Assembly: GCA_964510885.1 (NCBI GenBank)
Contig: CAZEDL010000001.1
Coordinates: forward strand, 64,684-128,683
DNA: 64,000 nt
Direction: 5' to 3'
Source of the DNA: an uncultured Gammaproteobacteria bacterium
GTDB taxonomy: Bacteria; Patescibacteriota; Patescibacteriia; Magasanikbacterales; GWA2-37-8
The notes below the pieces were generated by a model. The model worked only from the letters and a program-made list of their open reading frames with translations, was not told the DNA's origin and made no database searches. Below, one piece after another: positions 18,250 to 25,953 of the stretch (within the stretch, counting starts at the first letter, position 1; each line of letters starts with the position of its first letter). Made by a program: the position numbers and the translations under genes.

Positions 18250-18281
18250 AAAAAAGCAATCCATAAACGGATTGCTTTTTT
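18250..18281 (-). terminator. Intrinsic terminator
   Basis: AAAAAAGCAATCC / GGATTGCTTTTTT inverted repeat. Confidence 0.65.
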
Positions 18282-18283
18282 GT

Positions 18284-18352
18284 CATTTTTTTCAGATCTT
18301 TCCTGTGAAACAAACTAGTTAGTATCACAGGAAACCGGATCTGAAAAAAATG
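18284..18352 (-). repeat. Bulged ~69-nt hairpin 3' of GC-rich orphan gene 1
   Basis: CATTTTTTTCAGATC/GATCTGAAAAAAATG and TTTCCTGTGA/TCACAGGAAA separated by a 3-nt bulge. Confidence 0.7.
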
Positions 18353-18400
18353 TGTTTGCCCTAGCCACCTACACGGATGGCACTTGGGCTCTGATCGCCA

Positions 18401-18883
18401 CTACTCAGGCCGGTCAGACCAGCACATCACCGACCACGTCGGCTGGATCGGATTCATGTAGCAGTACAGCTGCAGCCGAATTGTGTTGCCGCTCTCGCTA
18501 ATGGGCATGGCCCGGAGAGCACTGCGCTCGTCACAGGTATAGACGGTATTATCCCCAGTCACGACCTCAGCGTACTGCAACGAGCAGGCCAGCTCGTCCC
18601 TTCTGAAGTCGAATTTCGCGCCATAACCGTTGAATCTTCCACCCTCTCGCCTGCACTTTTCAGGAGTAATCTCCTCACAGTCTATGGTGTCGTAACAGAG
18701 CCAGATCCTTTGCTGATTTGCCGCGCCCTCCAAATGGCTCCAGAGCATGTTATCGCAGTCGACGCTGCGCGGCTTAGCCATATCGGCAACCGAATCCGCC
18801 ATGTCAACCCCCTCCTCTTGCGATGGTCGCAGGCTAGGGGCGCAACCCAGAAGAAAGATCATCGTGATAGAGCATGTTTTCAT
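18401..18883 (-). CDS. GC-rich orphan, putative Cys-rich lipoprotein
   Basis: AAGGAG 6 nt before the ATG; FLLGC lipobox; DMADSVADMA linker; multiple Cys; TAG stop. Confidence 0.7.
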   Translation of the reverse strand: MKTCSITMIFLLGCAPSLRPSQEEGVDMADSVADMAKPRSVDCDNMLWSHLEGAANQQRIWLCYDTIDCEEITPEKCRREGGRFNGYGAKFDFRRDELACSLQYAEVVTGDNTVYTCDERSALRAMPISESGNTIRLQLYCYMNPIQPTWSVMCWSDRPE

Positions 18884-19240
18884 CAGAGTCTCCTTGGTTT
18901 TTGCGAGTCAGACTGCTTTTACCATCAAGCACAGATTTATGCCGAAGGCAATAGCGGCCTTTCGCAGAAAAAATTTATATCACAAATTTAGTATTACGTA
19001 AATACATTTTTACAAAATACACATATTGATGTGGATAAACTTCTTGTCGCACCTTTTTCAATCGGTTATTATCAGATAAAATATAAAAATTCCAATGCTG
19101 ACAATTTTTGAAAAAAGTAAAAAATATTTTTTATTTATTACAACCATCTAATCCCGGACTTATCGGGATTTTTTTGACACCATATCTAATTAGTCTGTGT
19201 AAATAATCCATACATGTTTATTTTTAATATAGAGTGTCAT

Positions 19241-20254
19241 ATGTCCAAAATAATAGCCGAATATATCTGGCTTGATGGTGCCAAACCCACCGCTCAGCTA
19301 CGTTCTAAAACAAAAATCATCGAAGGTCATGTATCTTCACTTCTCGATATCCCCGAATGGGGATTTGACGGATCGAGCACTCAGCAAGCCGCTGGGCATT
19401 CGAGTGACTGCCTCCTGCGCCCGGTTCACTTTGTGAAAGATCCAATCCGGGGCGAACCTCACATTTTAGTGATGTGCGAAGTCTTCACCGCCGATGGCAG
19501 CGTCCACCCCACTAACACCCGGGCTCGTCTACGCGAAGTTAACGAACGCTTTGCCCACGAAGAATCATGGTTCGGCATTGAACAAGAATATGTCCTGATG
19601 CAGGCCGGTAAACCAGCAGGCTGGCCAAGCAATGGCTTCCCCAAGCCACAGGGTGATTTTTATTGTGGAGTGGGGGAGGGTGCAGTCTCTGGGCGAGATC
19701 TGGTAGAAGCCCATATGCAGGCCTGCCTTGATGCTGGCCTCCGCTTCTGCGGTATTAATGCCGAAGTAATGCTCGGCCAATGGGAATTTCAGATTGGCCC
19801 CCTGCCACCACTGCAACTTAGTGATGAAATGTGGATTGCGCGCTGGCTTCTGCTCCGGCTCGGTGAAGATTACGGATATAGTGTATCGCTAGATCCCAAA
19901 CCGATAAAAGGCGACTGGAATGGCTCCGGTGGTCATACTAACTTTAGCACCAAAGCTATGCGCTCTCCTGGCGGTATGCAGGCCATTGAAGCCGCCTGCA
20001 AGAAATTTGGCGAGCGCCACCAGGCGCATATCGAAGTATACGGTGCCAATAACCACGAACGCCTCACCGGCAAACATGAAACTTGTGGTATTAATGAATT
20101 TAAGTATGGCGTGAGTCACCGCGGCGCCTCAATCCGGATCCCCATGGCGAGCGCCAACAATGGGTATGGGTATCTAGAGGATCGCCGCCCGGCGGCCAAT
20201 GCTGATCCGTATCAGGTGTGTGCCATTATAGTCGAGACAGCGTGCCGAAATTAG
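19241..20254 (+). CDS. glnII: Glutamine synthetase type II
   Basis: AEYIWLDG, LRSKTK, WGFDGSST, WFGIEQEY, GINAEVM.GQWEFQIG, DWNGSGGHTNFST, RLTGKHET, YLEDRRPAANADPY; about 337 aa. Confidence 0.92.
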   Translation: MSKIIAEYIWLDGAKPTAQLRSKTKIIEGHVSSLLDIPEWGFDGSSTQQAAGHSSDCLLRPVHFVKDPIRGEPHILVMCEVFTADGSVHPTNTRARLREVNERFAHEESWFGIEQEYVLMQAGKPAGWPSNGFPKPQGDFYCGVGEGAVSGRDLVEAHMQACLDAGLRFCGINAEVMLGQWEFQIGPLPPLQLSDEMWIARWLLLRLGEDYGYSVSLDPKPIKGDWNGSGGHTNFSTKAMRSPGGMQAIEAACKKFGERHQAHIEVYGANNHERLTGKHETCGINEFKYGVSHRGASIRIPMASANNGYGYLEDRRPAANADPYQVCAIIVETACRN

Positions 20255-20266
20255 ATAGTAAAAAAT

Positions 20267-20300
20267 AAAAAACAGCACCTAAAATAAAGTGCTGTTTTTT
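20267..20300. terminator. Bidirectional terminator
   Basis: AAAAACAGCAC / GTGCTGTTTTT inverted repeat between convergent genes. Confidence 0.7.
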
Positions 20301-20305
20301 AATAT

Positions 20306-20373
20306 TTCTTCGAGAAGCATCTTATCATTCCAATATGTATTTTGGAACGATAAGATGGACAGCTTCTCGAGAA
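20306..20373 (-). repeat. Bulged ~68-nt hairpin 3' of GC-rich orphan gene 2
   Basis: TCGAGAAG/CTTCTCGA, 5-nt bulge, CATCTTATC/GATAAGATG, TTCCAA/TTGGAA. Confidence 0.7.
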
Positions 20374-20436
20374 AGAGGCGGCCCACCGTGTGGTGGCCGC
20401 GGCCGGTGTGGCAATGGTGGTTGATGGCAGAGAGGG

Positions 20437-21153
20437 CTAGGTCGCCGCGGATGCTGGGTAGATCACATCAATCAGCATCAGGAACACCGCTGCCTGCACG
20501 TCGCTTAAGCGGTTTTGTAGGCAAGCATTGCCCACCGCTGCGTAGCCGCTCGCGCGGCTGTCAATAGGGGCGGACTTGCTTTCGTCCTTGAACACTACGT
20601 GGTAGTGTCCTAGGCATGCCTGCAAGTAGGGCTGTCCAGGGACAAATACCACAAACAGACTCATCCTTGCCTCTGCAGAGGGCGCTGGGAAGGCCTCGCC
20701 CTCCGGGAGGCGCCTCGACGCCGCCACAGCGGCCATGTGAACTGCCTGCTCTTCAATGTCGATCAACCAGTGGTTAAAAAGCATCTCAAGGGTGGCCCTG
20801 ACTTCACTCTTGCGGAGCATCCGCGGCCCCTCCTCCTCCCCGAGCTGGAAATTGGCGAATGGCCCCTTGTCATCCTCGCCGATGAAGAGCTGGAAGACCG
20901 GCGGTGTTGTCATCGGCAGGTGGGTCGCCTGCTCGACAGCCGCACGCAGTTCACCCGCGTTGGCCTCATCGATAACCCTGTGCTGCAGCAAGAAATCCAC
21001 CCAAAGCGTGCCGGCCCGGCGCGACTTCACGGGGACCCCGTTCTCGGGATCACCGTCCGGCACCAGAAAGGCTGTGTGCCGGCCTCCTTCGCTGCTTTTC
21101 ACCAACGAGAAGCGGGTCTGAGCGCTACTATCACCTTTCGTTTTAGCGAACAT
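20437..21153 (-). CDS. GC-rich orphan protein with three degenerate ~70-aa internal repeats
   Basis: AAGGAG 5 nt before ATG 21153; TAG stop; longest ORF in the segment; upstream promoter TTGACA-17-TAAGAT at 21314-21342. Confidence 0.7.
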   Translation of the reverse strand: MFAKTKGDSSAQTRFSLVKSSEGGRHTAFLVPDGDPENGVPVKSRRAGTLWVDFLLQHRVIDEANAGELRAAVEQATHLPMTTPPVFQLFIGEDDKGPFANFQLGEEEGPRMLRKSEVRATLEMLFNHWLIDIEEQAVHMAAVAASRRLPEGEAFPAPSAEARMSLFVVFVPGQPYLQACLGHYHVVFKDESKSAPIDSRASGYAAVGNACLQNRLSDVQAAVFLMLIDVIYPASAAT

Positions 21154-21450
21154 CGGCACTCCTTCTTTATGAGGCGCTATACCACCTGTCTTATTCGTTT
21201 GTACCTACAAACGGGCTAGGTGGGTGCACGCTTTATTCGTCTAAATACAAACAAAATGCGCTCCAACCTAGTCTTTTATTTAAAAGTGAATTCGAACCTA
21301 TTCAAAACAAGAGATCTTATTATAAAAAATTAAGCCTGTCAAGGTATGCTAGATGAGCATTCTTTTAAAAAACCCCCTGACGATTCTTCATAAAACTTTT
21401 AACAGACTGCGGTTGTTATAATTTCCATCTCCTGTTACTATGATGTCGCT

Positions 21451-22113
21451 ATGCACCAACAAACATTCACCAGCCAAACTGATTTTATCACCGCCGCTCT
21501 GTCGGAAGTAAAAAAATCTATTTCGGCAGCGGAAGAAACCTGCTTTATTGCTCTATCCGGCGGCCAAACACCTTTGCCTGTCTACGCTGCCCTCAATCCC
21601 GAAGATGTCACTCGGGCTGAATTTTTTCTCGCCGACGAACGCTGTATGCCACTCGATGATAAAGATTCAAATTACCGCGCGATTCGTGAAGTGTTGCCCG
21701 AAGAAGCAATCCTCCAACCAATCGATACCGCACTCCCTCCAGCCGAAGCAGCGCTAGCGTATTCGCAGGAAATAGATGTTGTACCAAATAGCCGGTTTGA
21801 TTTAATTATTCTCGGCCTCGGCCAAGATGGCCACACCGCATCGCTATTTCCAAATGATGTTACCGCTCACGAATCTCTGGGCACCGTGATCCCGACTCTC
21901 AACCCTTCCGCTCCACATCCGCCTGTGCGAGAGCGGGTCACCCTTACCTTCAACACCATCCTAAAAGCTAAAAAATTATTACTTCTCATAAGCGGCGCTG
22001 AAAAAGCCGCTGCTGTAGAAGAATTAGTGCACGGATCAAAAACACCTCTCGAATTTCCCGCTAAGCGGTTATTGGGACATCCGCAATTAAAGATTCATTT
22101 TTTAAAAAAGTAA
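21451..22113 (+). CDS. pgl: 6-phosphogluconolactonase
   Basis: IALSGGQTP, ADERC, SNY, LGLGQDGHTASLFP, RVTLT. Confidence 0.92.
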   Translation: MHQQTFTSQTDFITAALSEVKKSISAAEETCFIALSGGQTPLPVYAALNPEDVTRAEFFLADERCMPLDDKDSNYRAIREVLPEEAILQPIDTALPPAEAALAYSQEIDVVPNSRFDLIILGLGQDGHTASLFPNDVTAHESLGTVIPTLNPSAPHPPVRERVTLTFNTILKAKKLLLLISGAEKAAAVEELVHGSKTPLEFPAKRLLGHPQLKIHFLKK

Positions 22114-22182
22114 ATAGTAAACAGATAACAGTAAATAGAAAAATGTTGACTCTATTGTCTGTTGTCTATTTACTGTTGTCTA
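22110..22182. repeat. Heptamer-repeat palindrome
   Basis: GTAAATA GTAAACA GATAACA GTAAATA ... TATTGTC TGTTGTC TATTTAC TGTTGTC. Confidence 0.7.
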
Positions 22183-22183
22183 T

Positions 22184-23164
22184 ATGCAGACCAATTTCTG
22201 GAAAACCCTCCCCAAACCCTTCTTCTGCCTCGCCCCCATGGCCAATGTTACCGATGCTGCCTTTCGCCGGATCATTGCCAAATATGGGAAGCCTGACGTC
22301 ACCTGGACAGAATTTGTCTCTGCCACCGGCCTCTGTTCTCCAGGCAAAGACGTACTTCTGACCGATTTTTGGTATACTGAATCAGAACGCCCGATTGTAG
22401 CCCAAATTTTTGGTTCCACTCCCGAACATTATTATCAGGCCGCTCTATTGATTCAAGAGCTTGGGTTTGATGGTATCGATATCAACATGGGCTGCCCCGA
22501 TAAGAGTGTCAGTTGCAAGCAAGGCTCGGGTGCTGGCCTCATCCTCGAACCCAAACTCGCCCAAGAAATTATTAAGGAAACCAAACGCGGGGCAGGCCCG
22601 CTGCCCGTTTCCGTAAAGACACGATTGGGGTATAATGTGAACGTCCTTGATACTTGGCTGCCGAATTTACTCGAAACTGAGCCAGCTGCCATTACCCTGC
22701 ATTGCCGAACTAAAAAAGAATTATCGCTCGTGCCAGCTCATTGGGAAGAAGTTGGTAAAGCCGCAGCCATTCGCGATAAGTACGATAGCTCAGAAAATAA
22801 AACCCTCATCATTGGCAACGGTGATGTCAAAGACAGAGCCGAAGGTGAAGCTAGAGTTCGTGAAACTGGGTGCGACGGCATTATGATCGGACGGGGAATT
22901 TTTGGTACCCCCTGGCTTTTCAACAAAGACCGCGACTACAAAACCATCAACCGAGACGAAAAGTTAAGAGTCCTAGCTGAGCATACTAAATTATTTGAAG
23001 AGCTCTTCCACGATAAAAAAGGCTTTGACGTGATGAAAAAACATTTTAAAGCGTACGTAAACGGGTTTGACGGCGCCAAAGAATTACGAATCAAACTCAT
23101 GGAGTGCCACACTGCTGCCGAGGTCGAAGCAATTATTGCTGAACATAATTTTGATAATTTTTAA
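22184..23164 (+). CDS. dus: tRNA-dihydrouridine synthase
   Basis: LAPMANVTD, TEFVS, QIFGS, GIDINMGCP, VSVKTRLG, IGNGDV, GIMIGRG. Confidence 0.92.
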   Translation: MQTNFWKTLPKPFFCLAPMANVTDAAFRRIIAKYGKPDVTWTEFVSATGLCSPGKDVLLTDFWYTESERPIVAQIFGSTPEHYYQAALLIQELGFDGIDINMGCPDKSVSCKQGSGAGLILEPKLAQEIIKETKRGAGPLPVSVKTRLGYNVNVLDTWLPNLLETEPAAITLHCRTKKELSLVPAHWEEVGKAAAIRDKYDSSENKTLIIGNGDVKDRAEGEARVRETGCDGIMIGRGIFGTPWLFNKDRDYKTINRDEKLRVLAEHTKLFEELFHDKKGFDVMKKHFKAYVNGFDGAKELRIKLMECHTAAEVEAIIAEHNFDNF

Positions 23165-23173
23165 TTACTACCT

Positions 23174-23527
23174 ATGGTCGACATCCAAGAAATTTTTAGC
23201 CGCATGCAAATTGCCAAAAAAAAGCAGAAAGACCTGAAAACAACCTACCGCGATGCCCTTAATAGCGCCGGTGAATATAAAGAAATTTTAGAAAAATTAA
23301 AGACGCTTCGCGAAAAGAAAAAACAAATCGAAACGGCGGTAAAGGCTCAGTTTTCTGGTGAGTTTAGCCAGCTCGATGCGATTAAAACCGACTTGGAATC
23401 AGACACTGTTTTACTGAGCGATGCCGCCATGACTCTACTTATGAAAGGGGAGCATGTTGAAGTGCAAGACGAATATCACAATGTCTACGACCCGGTATTT
23501 TTAGTAAAATTCAAAAAGGGTTCCTAA
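23174..23527 (+). CDS. Coiled-coil hypothetical protein
   Basis: Clean ORF with tight operon spacing; charged helical sequence. Confidence 0.7.
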   Translation: MVDIQEIFSRMQIAKKKQKDLKTTYRDALNSAGEYKEILEKLKTLREKKKQIETAVKAQFSGEFSQLDAIKTDLESDTVLLSDAAMTLLMKGEHVEVQDEYHNVYDPVFLVKFKKGS

Positions 23528-23549
23528 TTAATTTTTAACGGTACTTAGT

Positions 23550-24077
23550 ATGAATACAGACCAGCGTGCAATAATTATTGGGATCGCTGCCGTAGTATTA
23601 GTAGTTGGCGGCTATTTTGGTTGGAAAAAAATCTTAGTCAATCCGCCTCAACCTGCGGCTACTGCTAGCGAACAAGCTGCACCCTCGCCGGCCGATGTAA
23701 AATCTGCGTCCGAAGGTGCTGAAACTAGCGACGTCAACACGATGCCGTCTACAATCGATAAACAGCAGCCAGCCACACCTGTGACCAAAACAGCGTCCGG
23801 CCCACTGTCATATGAAGCGGCTCTCAATCTATACCGCCAAGCCGGGGGTTATTTTCAGCTTGTAAAATGCAGCGCCAGCCCGGGCATGATCAGTCTGAAA
23901 AGGGGAGTTAAATTTATGGTAGACAATCGAGACAAAACCCTACACCGTATTGGATTTGGGAAAGCCGCCTACACGGTAAAGGGCTATAGCTTCCTCATAC
24001 TCACCGCCACAGCCCCTGGCACTGTCACCTTAACCTGTGACGGCGGGGGAGCGGGCCAAGTAAATATCGAAGGATAA
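23550..24077 (+). CDS. Membrane-anchored protein with a small C-terminal beta domain (cupredoxin-like)
   Basis: N-terminal TM helix, Pro/Ala/Thr linker, beta-rich end with two Cys. Confidence 0.55.
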   Translation: MNTDQRAIIIGIAAVVLVVGGYFGWKKILVNPPQPAATASEQAAPSPADVKSASEGAETSDVNTMPSTIDKQQPATPVTKTASGPLSYEAALNLYRQAGGYFQLVKCSASPGMISLKRGVKFMVDNRDKTLHRIGFGKAAYTVKGYSFLILTATAPGTVTLTCDGGGAGQVNIEG

Positions 24078-24085
24078 CGGGTGTA

Positions 24086-24114
24086 TTGACAACCAGGGCT
24101 TTTTGTGATATACT
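24086..24114 (+). promoter_or_regulatory. Near-consensus sigma70 promoter
   Basis: TTGACA-17 nt-TATACT. Confidence 0.8.
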
Positions 24115-24250
24115 AAGTACATAAAATTTGGGCAACGGAGTATCACAAAGTTCCCAAACGTTATTCGCTAATCAGCCAAAAGCTGAAGCGGGAGGTCGAA
24201 CCTTAAACAACTCTCAAAAAACATTTTGGGAACATATACCAAGCAAAACT

Positions 24251-24571
24251 ATGACTTTTGGTACCGATCGGCAAATGTACGATGTGGACATGACCTGCGC
24301 TAAATGCGGGGCTCACATCTCTCAGTTGCCTTTTCAACCGTCTGGTGATCGCCCGGTTTACTGTGTAGACTGTAACCGCGCTTTCCGTCAATCTCGCACG
24401 GGTGGTATGGGAGGCGGCATGAGCCGCGGCCCACGCGCTCCGCGCCAGATGTACAGCGTCAATTTGAGCTGTGCTAGCTGCGGAACCGGCATCACTCAGT
24501 TGCCTTTCCAGCCAACTGGTGACAAGCCAGTATATTGCCGAGACTGCATGCAGGCTCGCCGCAATGGCTAA
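24251..24571 (+). CDS. CxxC-x17-CxxC zinc-ribbon protein (two copies of the domain)
   Basis: CAKCG...LPFQPSGDRPVYCVDC and CASCG...LPFQPTGDKPVYCRDC; Gly/Arg linker. Confidence 0.9.
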   Translation: MTFGTDRQMYDVDMTCAKCGAHISQLPFQPSGDRPVYCVDCNRAFRQSRTGGMGGGMSRGPRAPRQMYSVNLSCASCGTGITQLPFQPTGDKPVYCRDCMQARRNG

Positions 24572-24587
24572 ATTCTTCTCAGAATTT

Positions 24588-24621
24588 CAAACTCCTTCGC
24601 TTAACAGCGAGGGAGTTTTTT
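24588..24621 (+). terminator. Intrinsic terminator
   Basis: AAACTCCTTCGCT / AGCGAGGGAGTTT followed by a T run. Confidence 0.75.
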
Positions 24622-24653
24622 ATTACAAAGTGTAGCGAATAATCACCCCCACT

Positions 24654-24772
24654 TGTCATTCTGATCCGCCCCAGGCGGAGAAGGATTCCGTAAAGTCAAA
24701 CTCTTGCTGAAGTCAGCGCTAAGGGATTCCCCCAAAGGGGCCGCTTTGCGGTTCGTTTCACTCAGAATGACA
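24654..24772. repeat. REP-like palindromic element (GTCATTCTGA...TCAGAATGAC)
   Basis: Terminal inverted repeat TGTCATTCTGA/TCAGAATGACA with inner hairpins; 3' end shared with 36359-36445. Confidence 0.75.
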
Positions 24773-24842
24773 GTTATTCACCACGGCTAACACTTGATTT
24801 ATTTATATTTTTCGCTATAATAAGCCTAATTAAGATAATAGG

Positions 24843-25946
24843 ATGTCAAAATCGCTTTCCCAAATTAAAGTACTCGTCGCCCTCTCCGGTGGCGTCGACT
24901 CAGCAGTCGCCGCTGCGTTGTTAGTAGAGGCCGGCTATGCCGTGACTGGGGCCTACATGGTCAATTATGACGGCCAAACGAACCAAGGTGAATCTTGCTG
25001 GGTGCCCGATTACCAGGATGCAGCGAGAGTTGCCGCCAGTCTCGGCATCAAGCTTCTTAAATTCGACTTTACCAAAGAATACAAAGAAGCTGTTCTAGAT
25101 CACATGTTTAGCGAATATGAAGCCGGCCGCACCCCAAATCCAGATGTGCTCTGTAATAAATATGTAAAATTTGGGGCGTGGCTGAGTAAAGCCCGCGAGC
25201 TTGGTTTTAGTTATCTGGCGACCGGCCACTATGCCCGGGTAAGCCACGAAGGCCCCGCCCGCCTACTCGAAGCGGCTGACAAAAACAAAGATCAGACCTA
25301 TTTTTTGCATCAATTAACCTCAGAACAACTAGGCAGCGTACTGTTCCCAATTGGCGATTACACCAAACCAGACGTTCGTGAGCTTGCCAAAAAATATAAC
25401 CTGCCGGTGGCAGATAAAGCCGAAAGCATGGGGATTTGCTTTATCGGCGAAGTGCCGATGAAAGAATTTTTGCAAACTCGCATCAAACCTCAGCCTGGAA
25501 ATATTATTTTTTCAGATGGCACAATAATTGGGCAACATGAAGGTCTCGCTTTTTATACTATCGGCCAGCGACAAGGTTTATCGCTTAGCCATAAACCTGA
25601 CGTAGAGAAGTCAGAGCACGCAAATAGCCATACCAAACCATTGTACGTAGTTGCAAAAGAGTTAGCGACGAACTCGCTTGTTGTCGGTTTTGAGTCTGAT
25701 CCATTGCTGTATCGAGTGCTCATCCCGCTTGAAAAAGTTCATTTTATAAATAGACAACCGGCCGCTTTTCCATTACAATGCCAGGTACGTTTTCGCCACC
25801 GCGAAGCTCTTCAAGAATGCATAGTTACCGAAGATTCACAGGCTATTGAAGTTCGTTGCCAAAATCCCGAACGTGCCGCGACTCCCGGCCAATATGCCGT
25901 CTTTTACAAATCCGGCGAGTGCCTCGGTGGAGGAATTATTAACTAA
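24843..25946 (+). CDS. mnmA: tRNA 2-thiouridylase
   Basis: ALSGGVDS, GRTPNPDVLCN, ATGHYA, KDQTYFL, SMGICFIG, TIGQRQG, TPGQ. Confidence 0.95.
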   Translation: MSKSLSQIKVLVALSGGVDSAVAAALLVEAGYAVTGAYMVNYDGQTNQGESCWVPDYQDAARVAASLGIKLLKFDFTKEYKEAVLDHMFSEYEAGRTPNPDVLCNKYVKFGAWLSKARELGFSYLATGHYARVSHEGPARLLEAADKNKDQTYFLHQLTSEQLGSVLFPIGDYTKPDVRELAKKYNLPVADKAESMGICFIGEVPMKEFLQTRIKPQPGNIIFSDGTIIGQHEGLAFYTIGQRQGLSLSHKPDVEKSEHANSHTKPLYVVAKELATNSLVVGFESDPLLYRVLIPLEKVHFINRQPAAFPLQCQVRFRHREALQECIVTEDSQAIEVRCQNPERAATPGQYAVFYKSGECLGGGIIN

Positions 25947-25953
25947 TACTGGT

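Noticed and set aside
18284-20373. Hairpins as canonical integron attC sites
   Set aside because: No RYYYAAC/GTTRRRY boundaries, no integron integrase, and the genes have their own promoters.
20289-21219. Plus-strand ORFs 20289-20567, 20737-21219 and 20756-21121 (likewise 60366-60707 and 60439-60786)
   Set aside because: Expected by chance in GC-rich DNA; the minus-strand ORFs carry the SD, promoter and coherent protein features.
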